Positions 26,691 to 38,603 of a stretch of 64,000 bases of DNA are shown piece by piece. Origin of the DNA: Ranitomeya imitator (lineage: Eukaryota); assembly GCF_032444005.1 (NCBI RefSeq), contig NC_091284.1, positions 673,878,001-673,942,000 on the forward strand, given 5' to 3'. Made by a program: the position numbers and the translations under genes. The notes below the pieces were generated by a model. The model was not told the DNA's origin, searched no databases, and saw nothing but the letters and a program-made list of their open reading frames with translations. Within the stretch, counting starts at the first letter, position 1. The number at the start of each line of letters is the position of its first letter.

Positions 26691-28620
26691 TATATATATA
26701 TATATATATAGATATAGATATATATTTATATTTAATACAGTGCTAGATAGCAGAAAAGCCGGTAATTCAATTGCCGGCTTTTCCTATCGCCTTCACAAAC
26801 CCAACATGATATGAGACATGGTTTACAGACAGTAAACCATTTCATATCCCTTATTTTTTTTTTACATATTCCTCACTACTAATGTTAAAAGTGTTGGTGT
26901 GTAAAATTTTGTGGCTCTAGCTGTTAAAATAAAGGGTTAAATCATCTTTCAGATGTGCCTTTTCTGGGGTGGCTGGGGGGCAGATGTTTTTAGCCAGGGA
27001 GGGGGCCAATATCCATGGTCCTTCTCTAGACTAGTAATATCTGCCCTCAGTCACTGGCTTTCTTACTCTGGCGGAGAAAATTGCGTGGGAGCCCACGCCA
27101 GTTTTTTCCATGATTTAACCCTTTATTTTAACAGCCACAAAATTTTGCACACACACTCTACTAACATTAGTAGTGTGGAATATGTTAAAAAAAAAGAAGG
27201 GATATGAAATGGTTTACTGTATGTAAACCATGTCTCATATCCTGTCGGGTTTGGGAAGGAGATAGGAAAAGCCGGCAATTGAATTACCGGCTTTTCTGCT
27301 ATCTATCGCTGTATTAAATATATATATATATATATACATATATATAGACTGCATATATGTTTTCACGAATATTTGAGCCTATGGATCCAGTCTATGTCCA
27401 TTTTGCAAGCGGCGAGAAAATTTAGCCGTACGGATTACATACGGATGAAATACGTATGACACACGGATAATTTTTGGAGAAAAAAATCGCATCCTCACAT
27501 TGAATACGGATCAATGTTCAGGAACTTTTCTGCGTTTTACGGCCGTAAAAAACGGACCGTATTTCCCTACGCTAAGTGTGACGCCGGCCTTACCCTGGAA
27601 CGTTTTAACAAATCCCAGTGATTTTTAGATTGTTTTTTTTGTGACACATTATACTTTATGACAATGGTAAATTTAGGTCGATATGTTTTGTGTTAATTTA
27701 TAAAAAAATATCAGAAATTTTAGAAAAATGTCAAATTTTTTTTTACAATTTTCAAACTTTGAATGATTATCCCTTTAGTCCAGATAGTCCTACCACTGAA
27801 AAACATTAATAAATAACATTTCCCACATGTCTGCTTCACATCAGCACAAGTTATAAAATGGTATTTTATTTTGTTAGCATTTTAGGAGGTTTAAAAACGA
27901 AGCAGTAATATTTCATTTTTTCAAGGAAATTTACAAAATTTATTTTTTTTAGGGACTTATCCATGTTTGATGTGCCTTTAGGGGTCCTATATATTAGGAA
28001 CCCCCCTAAATTTATACCATTTTAAAAACAGCACCCCTTGACATATTGAACACTGCTGTCAGGTAGTTTATTAACTCTTCAGGTGCTTTTTCAGGAATGA
28101 ATGCAAAGTGACATGACAGGAATTAAAAAGTGTGTTTATACCACCTAAATGTCGCTAACTTCTGAACAGATTACTACAGCAATCAGACTCTAAGGCCGCT
28201 ATTTGGTCATGAATTGCCATGGCAAACATCAGGACCACACAATCATGATCTGAGGGCACCAATTGGGATAAAGAGGGAGCTCCCACACTTTGTTAACCAT
28301 TTATAATGATGTAGTCACTATTGACAGCAGCATCTAAGGGGTTAAACAGATATGGACGGTGCAAACACTGATCGTGGCTGATGCAGCAAGTTGTCAGCTA
28401 TAGTGTACAGCCGACAGCTGCTGGATTGTCACCTGTATGGGGAGGCTATTCCCTTATATCTCAGGTCAGTTAAAAGACGTATTGGCGGCCATTAAGTTGT
28501 TTCAATCTTGGCGGCGCACGGAGTGCTGTGTTGGCAGCAAGCAGGAGATTCAAAGTAAAAATCCAGCGTCATGTCCATGAATAAAATAAATGTACATTCT
28601 TTATTAGTAGATCATATTAA

Positions 28621-28937
28621 AGGGACTATGTCACCTGAATTTGGAAGGAGCAATCTTCAGCCATAGGGGCGGGGTTTTCGGGTGTTTGATTCACCCTTTC
28701 CTTACCCGCCGACTGCATGCTGGCTGCAATATTGGATTGAAGTTCATTCTCTGTCCTCCATAGTACACGCCTGCGCAAGGTAAGATTGCCTTGTGCAGGT
28801 GTGTACTACGGAGGACAGAGAATGAACCTCAATCCAATATTGCAGCCGGCGGGTAAGGAAAGGGTGAATCAAACACCCGAAAACCCCGCCCCTATGGCTG
28901 AAGATTGCTCCTTCCAAATTCAGGTGACAGAGTCCCT
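28621..28937. mobile_element. T2-type palindromic MITE (317 bp)
   Basis: TTAA|AGGGACTATGTCACCTGAATTTGGAAGG ... CCTTCCAAATTCAGGTGACAGAGTCCCT|TTAA; inverted symmetry along its whole length. Confidence 0.9.
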
Positions 28938-31900
28938 TTAAAATCCTTTTCAAGGAAGGTAAGGTATGGACATAGGGGTGACCTGTATAGAGAGAGGCTG
29001 TATGGGTGCTCAAACTGTACACAAGGTGCTAAGTTTGGGCTCACACTGTATATAGTGGTATTGTGAGGGCTCATTTTCATGGTTGATGAAATCCGTCTTG
29101 TGGTTGTTGTTTAATCTTTATTTTCAGTTTTCAGTTAATAATATGCTCATGCTCCAGAATGGTCTGTCTTTATCTGGTGCTCTGCTTAGGTTTTCAAATT
29201 GATGGCTCCTGACAGGTGACTGATCCCTCAGTGACCTGCCCCTTATTTTACATACTGCATATAATATGTATTAAAAAAACACATTCAGCAAGTGGCGGCA
29301 CCTATAATATGCATTACATTATTTTATTTATTATTCTGAAAAAAAAACAATCTGTCTCAAAATGGCGCCGGCCACACCTGCACAGTGGCATCTACCGGCG
29401 ATTTGATAGATGCTACTGCGCAGACTCTGCCAGCTCCATTTTGCTAGAGGAAAAATAATTGTCTCCACCAAGATGGCGCCAATGTGTGACCCAATGTAGG
29501 ATTTGACTTATGACATTACATTTTCTAGGTCCCCAGTATATTGCTTTTGTGTCATGTTTTTAAGTGTTTTTAAATTTGTTGTTTTGGCTTGTTGTTTATA
29601 ATAAAAATCACCTTTGCTTCTCATTTTTGGTGATCACTGTCTCATACATAGTGCCTTTTTTTGTATTTGATATGTCTCACACTGGAAACACCCACTATTA
29701 TTTATAATTTTCTCTGGAGGCAAAGTCTCATGCAGATCGGTGTCCATAGTCCTGAACAGCTCACTTACATATAAGAAAAGCATGGATTTCTCTGGAATAA
29801 GATATCGGATCGCAGATATCAAGGTATCGTGTTATTCAGCTTCCTATGCTTTGCATGACCATATAGATGGCTTAGGAGGGTTGGCCTGCTGACAGATTAC
29901 CTTTAATTGTATGACTAGGATGATATACAATTTATGTCTCTAGGTTTGTGGGTTCTCCAACAAATCCATTGCTAATTTAAAATATAAACTTTTGTCCATA
30001 ATGTTACGCACGTGGTTGTGGAACCACGGTGCCACTGTCCATGGAGAGGCTGGAGGGGCATAACTAAGCATGCACCTAACTCTTCGCTAGAGCCCCTTAT
30101 GGTAGGGGTTAGATTTGGCTCCAGGTACACGCCAGGTTCTTCTCCAGGTGGACCCACGTAGCCATGGCAGCTTACCCCCACAGGGGAGCAGGAACGGCCA
30201 GTAATTGGTTAGCAGATTTGTACGGCACAAGTGTGACACCCCAGGTAACCGGTTGTCATAGTGATATTGCTTTCCTTTTGGGGAGGTTGATGTCATGCTT
30301 GGAGGCAAGGAGGATTCCCTTTAACAGGTAAAGCAAATACATGCAAAACATTCTGAATCCAGCCCAGAAGGGGGAGTTCTGAATCCGTATTCAGGGGAGC
30401 TTCCTCAGATGTATATACTGTATTTTGGTCTGGAGGAGGAGTTAGTGAGTTGAGCCAGGGACTTGGAGGTGAGAGGAGTGAGAGCAGATTGGAGCCGTGC
30501 AGCCACGTGTGTGCTGCAGCTCCAGTACGGAAGAGAACCAGAAGGGTTGCAGTGATAGTGAGCACTTGAGGGGAGAAGCAAAGGAGAAGAAAGGAGCTTC
30601 GAGGGGAACTGTGATTGGGCACCCTCTGCGCTGAAGCGCAGGAACCAGGCACTGGGAGCCTGAGGGTGTGTCGTACTTCACATCCCGCAGCAGAACCGGA
30701 AAGATAGAAGATTGTATGTCATCTGTCCGCACCCACACCCAAAGGTGCAACAGTACAGAGAGCCTGGGTCATGATAGAGACCCTGTAAAAAGGCTTGCAT
30801 TGCCCACCATACGGGTACTGTCTCAGGACAGGAGAGAGAGGACTTTGTAAGGGAGCCGCAGGCAGCAAGGACCTCAAATAAGAGCACGAGCAGGAAGGCT
30901 TACAAACCTCACCTGGGAGAGGGATCCACCATTGCCTCCAGGCTGGCCGGACCACATCAACTGTTGCTGGTACCCTGGACTGTGGCTTACTACAACCAGT
31001 AAACCAGGTAAAGAGACTGTAATCCTGTGTCCTCTGTTGTGAATTCTGATTTCGGGCTCCCTCCTGTGGTCATGAATGGTACTTCGGCTGGTTCTGTCCA
31101 TGGACTTTCTCTGATGTGTTTCTGAGTTTCCTTCCTCAGGTGACGAGGCTAATTCGTTAGTGGGCTGCTCTATTTAACTCCACTTGGATCTTTGTCCTAT
31201 GCCAGCTGTCAATGTTGTAGCATTGGTCTAGTTCGCTCCTGGATCTTCCTGGTTACCTGTTTTCTCCAGCAGAAGCTAAGTTTCGCTTTGCTTTTTTCTT
31301 GTTTGCTATTTTTTCTGTCCAGCATGCTTATGTGAATTTTGCCTTGCTTGCTGGAAGCTCTGGGACGCAGAGGGGCGCCTCCGCTCCGTTAGTCAGTGCG
31401 GAAGGTATTTTTCCCTGCACTCTCTGTGTGGCTTTTTAGGGTTTTGTGCTGACTGCAAAGTGACCTTTCCTATCTTCTGTCTGTTTAGTAAGTCGGGCCT
31501 CTCTTTGCTAAATCTATTTCATCTCTGTGTTTGTGATTTCATCTTACTCACAGTCAATATATGTGGGGGGCTGCCTTTTCCTTTGGGGAATTTTCTCTGA
31601 GGCAAGATAGGCTTATTTTTCCTATCTCTAGGGCTAGCTAGTTCTGAGGCTGTGACGAGGCGCCTAGGTCATGATAGGAGCGCTCCTCGGCTATTTCTAG
31701 TGTACGTGATAGGATTAGGGATTGCGGTCAGCAGAGGTTCCACTTCCCAGAGCTTGTCCTGTATTAATGTGCTATCAGGTCTTTTCTGGTGCTCTAACTA
31801 CCAGGTCCACTATTTGTTCTAACCAGCAGATCATAACAGTACAGCTGGCCAAAAGTATTGATGCATCTCAATAGAGGGATAAGTGAAGCTCTGAGACCAT

Positions 31901-31974
31901 TTTTTTTTCTTTGCAGCGTGTTCTGTCTCACTTTTCCCCTTTACCTCTGGGTGGTTCAGAACACAGGCGTAGAC

Positions 31975-34900
31975 ATGGACATTCAAGGTCTGTCCTCTTG
32001 GATGGATAATCTCACTACAAGGGTACAAAACATTCAAGATTTTGTGGTTCAGAATCCGATGTCAGAGCCTAGGATTCCAATTCCTGATTTATTTTTTGGT
32101 GATAGATCTAAGTTCTTGAATTTCAAAAATAATTGTAAATTGTTTCTAGCTTTGAAACCTCGCTCCTCAGGTGATCCTGCTCAACAAGTAAGGATCATTA
32201 TTTCTTTGTTACGTGGTAACCCTCAAGACTGGGCATTTTCCCTTGCTCCAGGAGATCCGGCATTGCGCGATGTGGATGAGTTTTTCCTGGCGCTCGGATT
32301 GCTTTATGACGAACCTAATTCAGTGGATCAGGCAGAGAAAATCTTGCTGGCTCTGTGTCAGGGTCAGGATGAAGCAGAGATATATTGTCAGAAGTTTAGA
32401 AAGTGGTCTGTGCTCACTCAGTGGAATGAATGTGCCCTGGCAGCAATCTTCAGAAAGGGTCTCTCTGAAGCCCTTAAAGATGTCATGGTGGGATTTCCCA
32501 TGCCTGCTGGTCTGAATGAGTCTATGTCCTTGGCTATTCAGATCGATCGGCGCTTGCGTGAGCGTAAAACTGTGCACCATTTGGCGGTACTATCTGAGCA
32601 TGGGCCTGAGCCTATGCAGTGTGATAGGACTTTGACCAGAGCTGAACGGCAGGAACACAGACATCGGAATGGGCTGTGTTTTTACTGTTGTGATTCCACT
32701 CATGCTATCTCCGATTGTCCTAAGCGCACTAAGCGGTTCACTAGGTCTGCCACCATTGGTACGGTACAGTCAAAATTTCTATTGTCCGTTACACTGATTT
32801 GTTCTTTGTCTTCCTACTCTGTTATGGCATTTGTGGATTCAGGTGCTGCCCTGAATTTGATGGACTTGGAGTATGCTAGGCGCTGTGGTTTTTTCTTGGA
32901 GCCCTTGCAACATCCTATTCCATTGAGAGGAATTGATGCTACGCCTTTGGCCAAGAATAAGCCTCAGTACTGGACCCAATTGACCATGTGCATGGCTCCT
33001 GCACATCAGGAGGATATCGGTTTTTTGGTGTTACATAATCTGCATGATGTGGTCGTTTTAAGGTTACCATGGCTACAGGTCCATAATCCAGTATTGGACT
33101 GGAAATCTATGTCTGTGTCCAGCTGGGGTTGCCAGGGGGTACATGGTGATGTTCCATTTTTGTCAATTTCGTCTTCTACTCCTTCTGAAGTTCCGGAGTT
33201 TTTGTCGGATTATCAGGATGTATTTGATGAGCCCAAAGCCAGTGCCCTACCTCCTCATTGGGATTGCGATTGTGCAATTAATTTGATTCCTGGTAGTAAG
33301 TTTCCTAAGGGCCGATTGTTCAATTTATCTGTGCCAGAACACGCCGCTATGCGGAATTATATAAAGGAATCCTTGGAGAAAGGCCATATTCGCCCATCGT
33401 CATCACCGTTGGGAGCAGGGTTCTTTTTTGTGAAGGATGGTTCTTTGAGACCTTGTATTGATTACCGCCTTCTTAATAAAATTACTGTCAAATTTCAGTA
33501 TCCTTTGCGGTTGCTGTCCGACTTGTTTGCTCGTATTAAAGGGGCTAGTTGGTTCACCAAGATAGACCTTCGAGGGGCGTATAATCTTGTGCGTATTAAA
33601 CGGGGCGATGAATGGAAAACAGCATTTAATACGCCCGAGGGCCATTTTGAGTACCTGGTGATGCCATTCGGGCTTTCCAATGCTCCATCAGTATTTCAGT
33701 CCTTTATGCATGACATCTTCCGAGAGTACCTGGATAAATTCCTGATTGTGTATTTGGATGATATTTTGGTCTTTTCGCATGATTGGGAGTCTCATGTGAA
33801 GCAGGTCAGAATGGTGTTCCAGGTCCTTCGTGCTAATTCCTTGTTTGTGAAGGGGTCAAAGTGTGTCTTTGGAGTTCAGAAGGTTTAATTTTTGGGGTTC
33901 ATTTTTTCCCTTTCTACTGTCGAGATGGACCCTGTTAAAGTCCAGGCCATTCATGATTGGACTCAGCCGACATCTGTGAAGAGCCTGGAAAAGTTCCTGG
34001 GCTTTGCTAATTTTTATCGTTGCTTCATCGCTAATTTTTCTAGTGTTGCTAAACCGTTGACTGATTTGACCAAGAAGGGTGCTGATGTGGTCAATTGGTC
34101 TTCTGCGGCCGTGGATGCTTTTCAGGAATTGAAGCGTCGTTTTTCTTCTGCCCCTGTGTTGTGCCAGCCAGATGTTTCGCTCCCGTTTCAGGTTGAGGTT
34201 GATGCCTCTGAGATTGGAGCAGGGGCTGTTTTGTCGCAAAGAAGTTCTGATTGCTCGGTGATGAAGCCATGTGCTTTCTTTTCTAGAAAGTTTTCGCCTG
34301 CTGAGCGCAATTATGATGTTGGTAATCGAGAATTGTTGGCCATGAAGTGGGCATTCGAGGAGTGGCGTCATTGGCTTGAAGGAGCCAAGCATCGCGTGGT
34401 GGTCTTGACAGATCACAAAAATTTGACTTATCTTGAGTCTGCCAAACGGTTGAATCCGAGACAGGCTCGATGGGCGTTATTTTTCTCCCGTTTTGATTTT
34501 GTGGTTTCGTACCTTCCGGGCTCTAAGAATGTGAAGGCTGATGCCCTGTCAAGGAGTTTTGTGCCTGACTCTCCGGGTGTTTCTGAGCCGGCAGGTATTC
34601 TCAAAGAGGGGATAATTTTGTCTGCCATCTCCCCTGATTTGCGGCGGGTGCTGCAAAAATTTCAGGCTGATAGACCTGACCGTTGCCCAGCAGAGAAACT
34701 GTTTGTCCCTGATAAATGGACTAGCAGAGTTATCTCTGAGCTTCATTGTTCGGTGTTGGCTGGGCATCCTAGAATCTTTGGTACCAGAGATTTGGTGGCT
34801 AGATCCTTTTGGTGGCCTTCTTTGTCACGGGATGTGCGTTCTTTTGTGCAGTCCTGTGGGACTTGTGCTCGGGCTAAGCCCTGCTGTTCTCATGCTAGTG

Positions 34901-36030
34901 GGTTGCTTTTGCCCTTGCCGGTCCCGAAGAGGCCCTGGACGCATATTTCTATGGATTTTATTTTGGATCTCCCCGTCTCTCAAAAGATGTCGGTCATTTG
35001 GGTGGTTTGTGATCGCTTTTCTAAGATGGTCCATTTTGGTACCCTTGTCTAAATTGCCTTCCTCCTCTGATTTGGTGCCATTGTTTTTCCAGCATGTGGT
35101 TCGTTTACATGGCATTCCGGAGAACATCGTTTCGGACAGAGGTTCTCAGTTTGTTTCGAGGTTTTGGCAATCCTTTTGTGCTAGGATGGGCATTGATTTG
35201 TCTTTTTCCTCGGCTTTCCATCCTCAGACAAATGGCCAAACCGAACTAACTAATCAGACGTTGGAAACATATCTGAGATGCTTTGTTTCTGCTGATCAGG
35301 ATGGTTGGGTGTCCTTTTTGCCGTTGGCTGAGTTTGCCCTTAATAATCGGGCCAGCTCGGCTACTTTGGTTTCGCCGTTTTTCTGCAATTCTGGTTTCCA
35401 TCCTCGTTTCTCTTCAGGGCAGGTTGTGTCTTCGGACTGTCCTGGTGTAGATACTGTGGTGAATAGGTTGCAGCAGATTTGGACTCATGTGGTGGACAAT
35501 TTGACATTGTCCCAGGAGAAGGCTCAGCGTTTCGCTAACCGCCGGCGCTGTGTGGGTCCCAGACTTCGTGTTGGGGATTTAGTTTGGTTGTCATCTCGTT
35601 ATGTTCCTATGAAGGTTTCCTATCCTAAGTTTAAGCCTCGTTTCATTGGTCCGTATAAAATTTCTGAGGTTATCAATCCTGTGTCATTTCGTTTGGCCCT
35701 TCCAGATTCTTTTGCCATCCATAATGTGTTCCATAGGTCGTTGCTGCGGAGATACGTGGCGCCTGTGGTTCCATCCGTTGACCCTCCTGCTCCGGTGTTG
35801 GTTGAGGGGGAGTTGGAGTATGTGGTGGAGAAGATTTTGGATTCTCGTATTTCGAGACGGAAACTCCAGTACTTGGTCAAGTGGAAGGGTTATGGTCAGG
35901 AGGATAATTCCTGGGTTTTTGCCTCTGATGTTCATGCGGCCGATCTGGTTTGTGCCTTTCATTTGGCTCATCCTGGTCGGCCTGGGGGCTCTCGTGAGGG
36001 TTCGGTGACCCCTCCTCAAGAGGGGGGTAC
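31975..36030 (+). pseudogene. Gag-pol polyprotein of Gypsy copy 1 (gag-CCHC-PR-RT-RH-IN-chromodomain), disrupted
   Basis: MDIQG start; CFYCCDSTHAISDC knuckle; FVDSGA protease; YLDD; RNase H DASE/ELLA/TDH; HHCC and DDE integrase; chromodomain LEYVVEKILDSR...YLVKWKGY..EDNSW. Nonsense TAA at 33886-33888 and +1 frameshift near 35035. Confidence 0.93.
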
Positions 36031-37126
36031 TGTTGTGAATTCTGTTTTCGGGCTCCCTCCTGTTGTCATGAATGGTACTTCGGCTGGTTCTGTCCATGGA
36101 CTTTCTCTGATGCCTGTGGGTGTTTCTGAGTTTCCTTCCTCAGGTGACGAGGCTAATTCGTTAGTGGGCTGCTCTATTTAACTCCACTTGGATCCTTGTC
36201 CTATGCCAGCTGTCAATGTTGTAGCATTGGTCTAGTTCGCTCCTGGATCTTCCTGGTTACCTGTTTTCTCCAGCAGAAGCTAAGTTTTGCTTTGCTTTTT
36301 TCTTGTTTGCTATTTTTTCTGTCCAGCATGCTTATGTGAATTTTGCCTTGCTTGCTGGAAGCTCTGGGACGCAGAGGGGTGCCTCCGCTCCGTTAGTCGG
36401 TGCGGAAGGTATTTTTTCTATTCGCCACGACAGCACCCACTAGAGAGAGGGGATCCGCCCCTAGGAACAGGAAACCTACAGAGAGATAAAAGGGGCGGCC
36501 CCCCCTCGCTCCTCAGTTGGTTTCCTGTTCCTAGATGGAGACCCACAGAGAAGACTCTATGGATAGGAAGAGGAAGACCTGCCTGGACTACCGCCTGTAC
36601 GACTCTGCTGAGCGGCAGGGGTTCCAGAAGCAGGTAGACAGAGTCGGGGGAATGATCCTGCGGGCTCCCCCCTCATCTGGTGCGGCTGACAGGCAGCCTG
36701 AAGTTATCCAACGGTCTCCCTGCTGGGACACCGTTGTGGAGACGCCGACAGTGCGGGTACCTGGTGCGACGTCCTCCGGTGTGCGTCTGGGCAGCGGTGA
36801 GACGGTTCCACGATACGAGGCCCTCCTGTCCCTCCAAGGTAAGAGGTGACATGGTGGGATGCAGCAGGCAGCGGCGTCTCCCGGCATACAGGACGCGGGC
36901 GCATGCGCAGTAGCGTCGGCGTCCCGGAAATGGAGAGGAACTTCCGGGGCACGGTGTTGGAGGTCATTTCCGGGGGAACCGCCATATTGGATTCCCCCAT
37001 GTGGTGCCATTACTCTAAACGCCGGATCTGTAAGTAAAAAAAAAAAAAAAAAGTGGAGACAAAGCAAGGGGTGTGTACATTACTACACTATAAAGTGTAG
37101 TCAGTTAAGGCAGTCAGTGTGCCATT

Positions 37127-38603
37127 ATGTCGTCCCAAGAGGAGGTCAGGGTGCACCCTATGGAAGAGCCATTAGTCCCTAGTGGTGAAGCCAGGAAAAG
37201 GAATAGTGGACACTCTAAAATAAGTGACTCCACTGATAAATCAGGAAGAAAATCCTCCCGTTCCACACCCCAAGCTAAGGCATCTCCGCAGCCGGTATAA
37301 ATATTACGCTGGGTGAGTGCGTATATAGCTTCACTGAAGCTTATATTGATTCCTTTGCTTATATTATTTCTAGGCAAAGAGGACGGGGAAGAGTAAGCAC
37401 AAACAATGTGCCATATGTACCGAACCCCTGCCTGACTCCTATCTTAAAAGTCTGTGTCAGGCATGTATAGACAACACCTTACGGCAGGAGGAATCGGTTA
37501 AAATGAATGAGATACGTCTCATAATTCGGGAAGAACTCCAGTCGTTGGGAGGTGGTTCTACTTCTTCAGTAAATATGGAGAAACGAAGGAGGAAAACATC
37601 CTCTCCTAGAGCTGACACATCAGCGGAGAGTGGGGAGGTCGACTCTGATATTTCTCAGCAATCTAATTCCTCAGAGGAAGAGGACTTCGTCTGTTTTCCA
37701 ACTGAGGGCATAAACAACCTAGTAAAATCAGTGAGAAATACGATGGGGGTGTCTGAATCAAAAGAACCCCAGACGCCACAAGAAGTTATGTTCGCTGGTC
37801 TTTCTCAGAAGAAAGGCCACGTATTTCCAATAAATCAGGCCATAAAAGATCTCGTTAAAAAAGAATGGAGTAGAGGTCAAAAGGGGTTGGTCCCAATATC
37901 CTGTAAGAGGCGCTACCCCTTTGATGATGAGGATTTGAATACCTGGGCCAAGATACCAAAAGTCGATGCGGCAGTTGCGTCTACATCTCGCCGTTTCTCC
38001 TTACCAGTAGAGGATGCAGGTTCCTTATCAGATCCTATGGACCGGAAATCAGACGCACTCCTTAAAAAATCGTGGGAGGCCTGTGTCACGGCATTCAAGC
38101 CGGCTATTTCAGCCACATGTACTGGCAGATCAATGCTAGTCTGGCTGGATCAGCTGGATCAGAAGATTAAAAGTGGCGTATCTAGAGAAAAATTAAGGGC
38201 ATCTATCCCTTTGATTAAAGGTGCTGCGGCTTTTATTTCAGATGCCTCAATTGATTCCCTCCGCCTGGCGGCCAGGACAGCTAATCTCGCTAATACGGCT
38301 CGGCGGGCTTTATGGTTAAAAAACTGGAAGGGGGATGCCCAGTCAAGATCCAAATTATGTTCCATACCCTGTCAGGGTGAGTACCTGTTTGGCACAGTCC
38401 TTGATGATATTCTCACTAAGGCGGGCGAGAGGAAGAAAGGATTCCCTAATCCCTTTATTCCGTCTTACAGAAGGGCGTTCAGGAAGCCACCATTCGGAAG
38501 AAAGGGAGGCTTCAGAGACAGGTGGAATAATAAGGATTTCAAACAAAAAGGAAATCTGTTTAATAAACGCCCCTTCAAGCCAACCGATAAATTCCATCAG
38601 TGA
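37127..38603 (+). CDS. DIRS ORF1 (gag-like); probably spliced join(37127..37294, 37374..38603), ~465 aa
   Basis: Open ORF 37503..38603 extends in frame upstream to an acceptor TTTCTAG|GCA at 37374 and includes C-x2-C-x12-C-x2-C; phase-0 donors at 37295 (GTATAA) and 37313 (GTGAGT). Splicing is inferred. Confidence 0.75.

Larger units (their letters stand above)
22919..27589. mobile_element. Harbinger-type non-autonomous element with nested Tc1 and Helitron
   Basis: TAA|GGCCGGCATCACACT ... AGTGTGACGCCGGCC|TTA; internal (TA)n tracts host the nested insertions; internal inverted repeat ~26745..27305. Confidence 0.75.
22522..28500. mobile_element. piggyBac-like non-autonomous element remnant hosting nested MITEs, Tc1 and Helitron
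   Basis: TTAA|CCCCTTAGTGAC start; host sequence resumes at 27590 and matches the 16440..16950 family; right end degenerate. Confidence 0.5.

Noticed and set aside
31839-31860. Canonical tRNA primer-binding site
   Set aside because: No TGG (complement of CCA) within 1-3 nt of the LTR end; the TGG present is 8 nt away and inside the self-complementary 9-mer. A tRNA-fragment match is not formally excluded without a search.
36535-36849. 104-aa ORF at the DIRS 5' end as an extra coding exon
   Set aside because: Its donor (36839) is phase 1, and no compatible acceptor joins it in frame to ORF1; more likely leader sequence.
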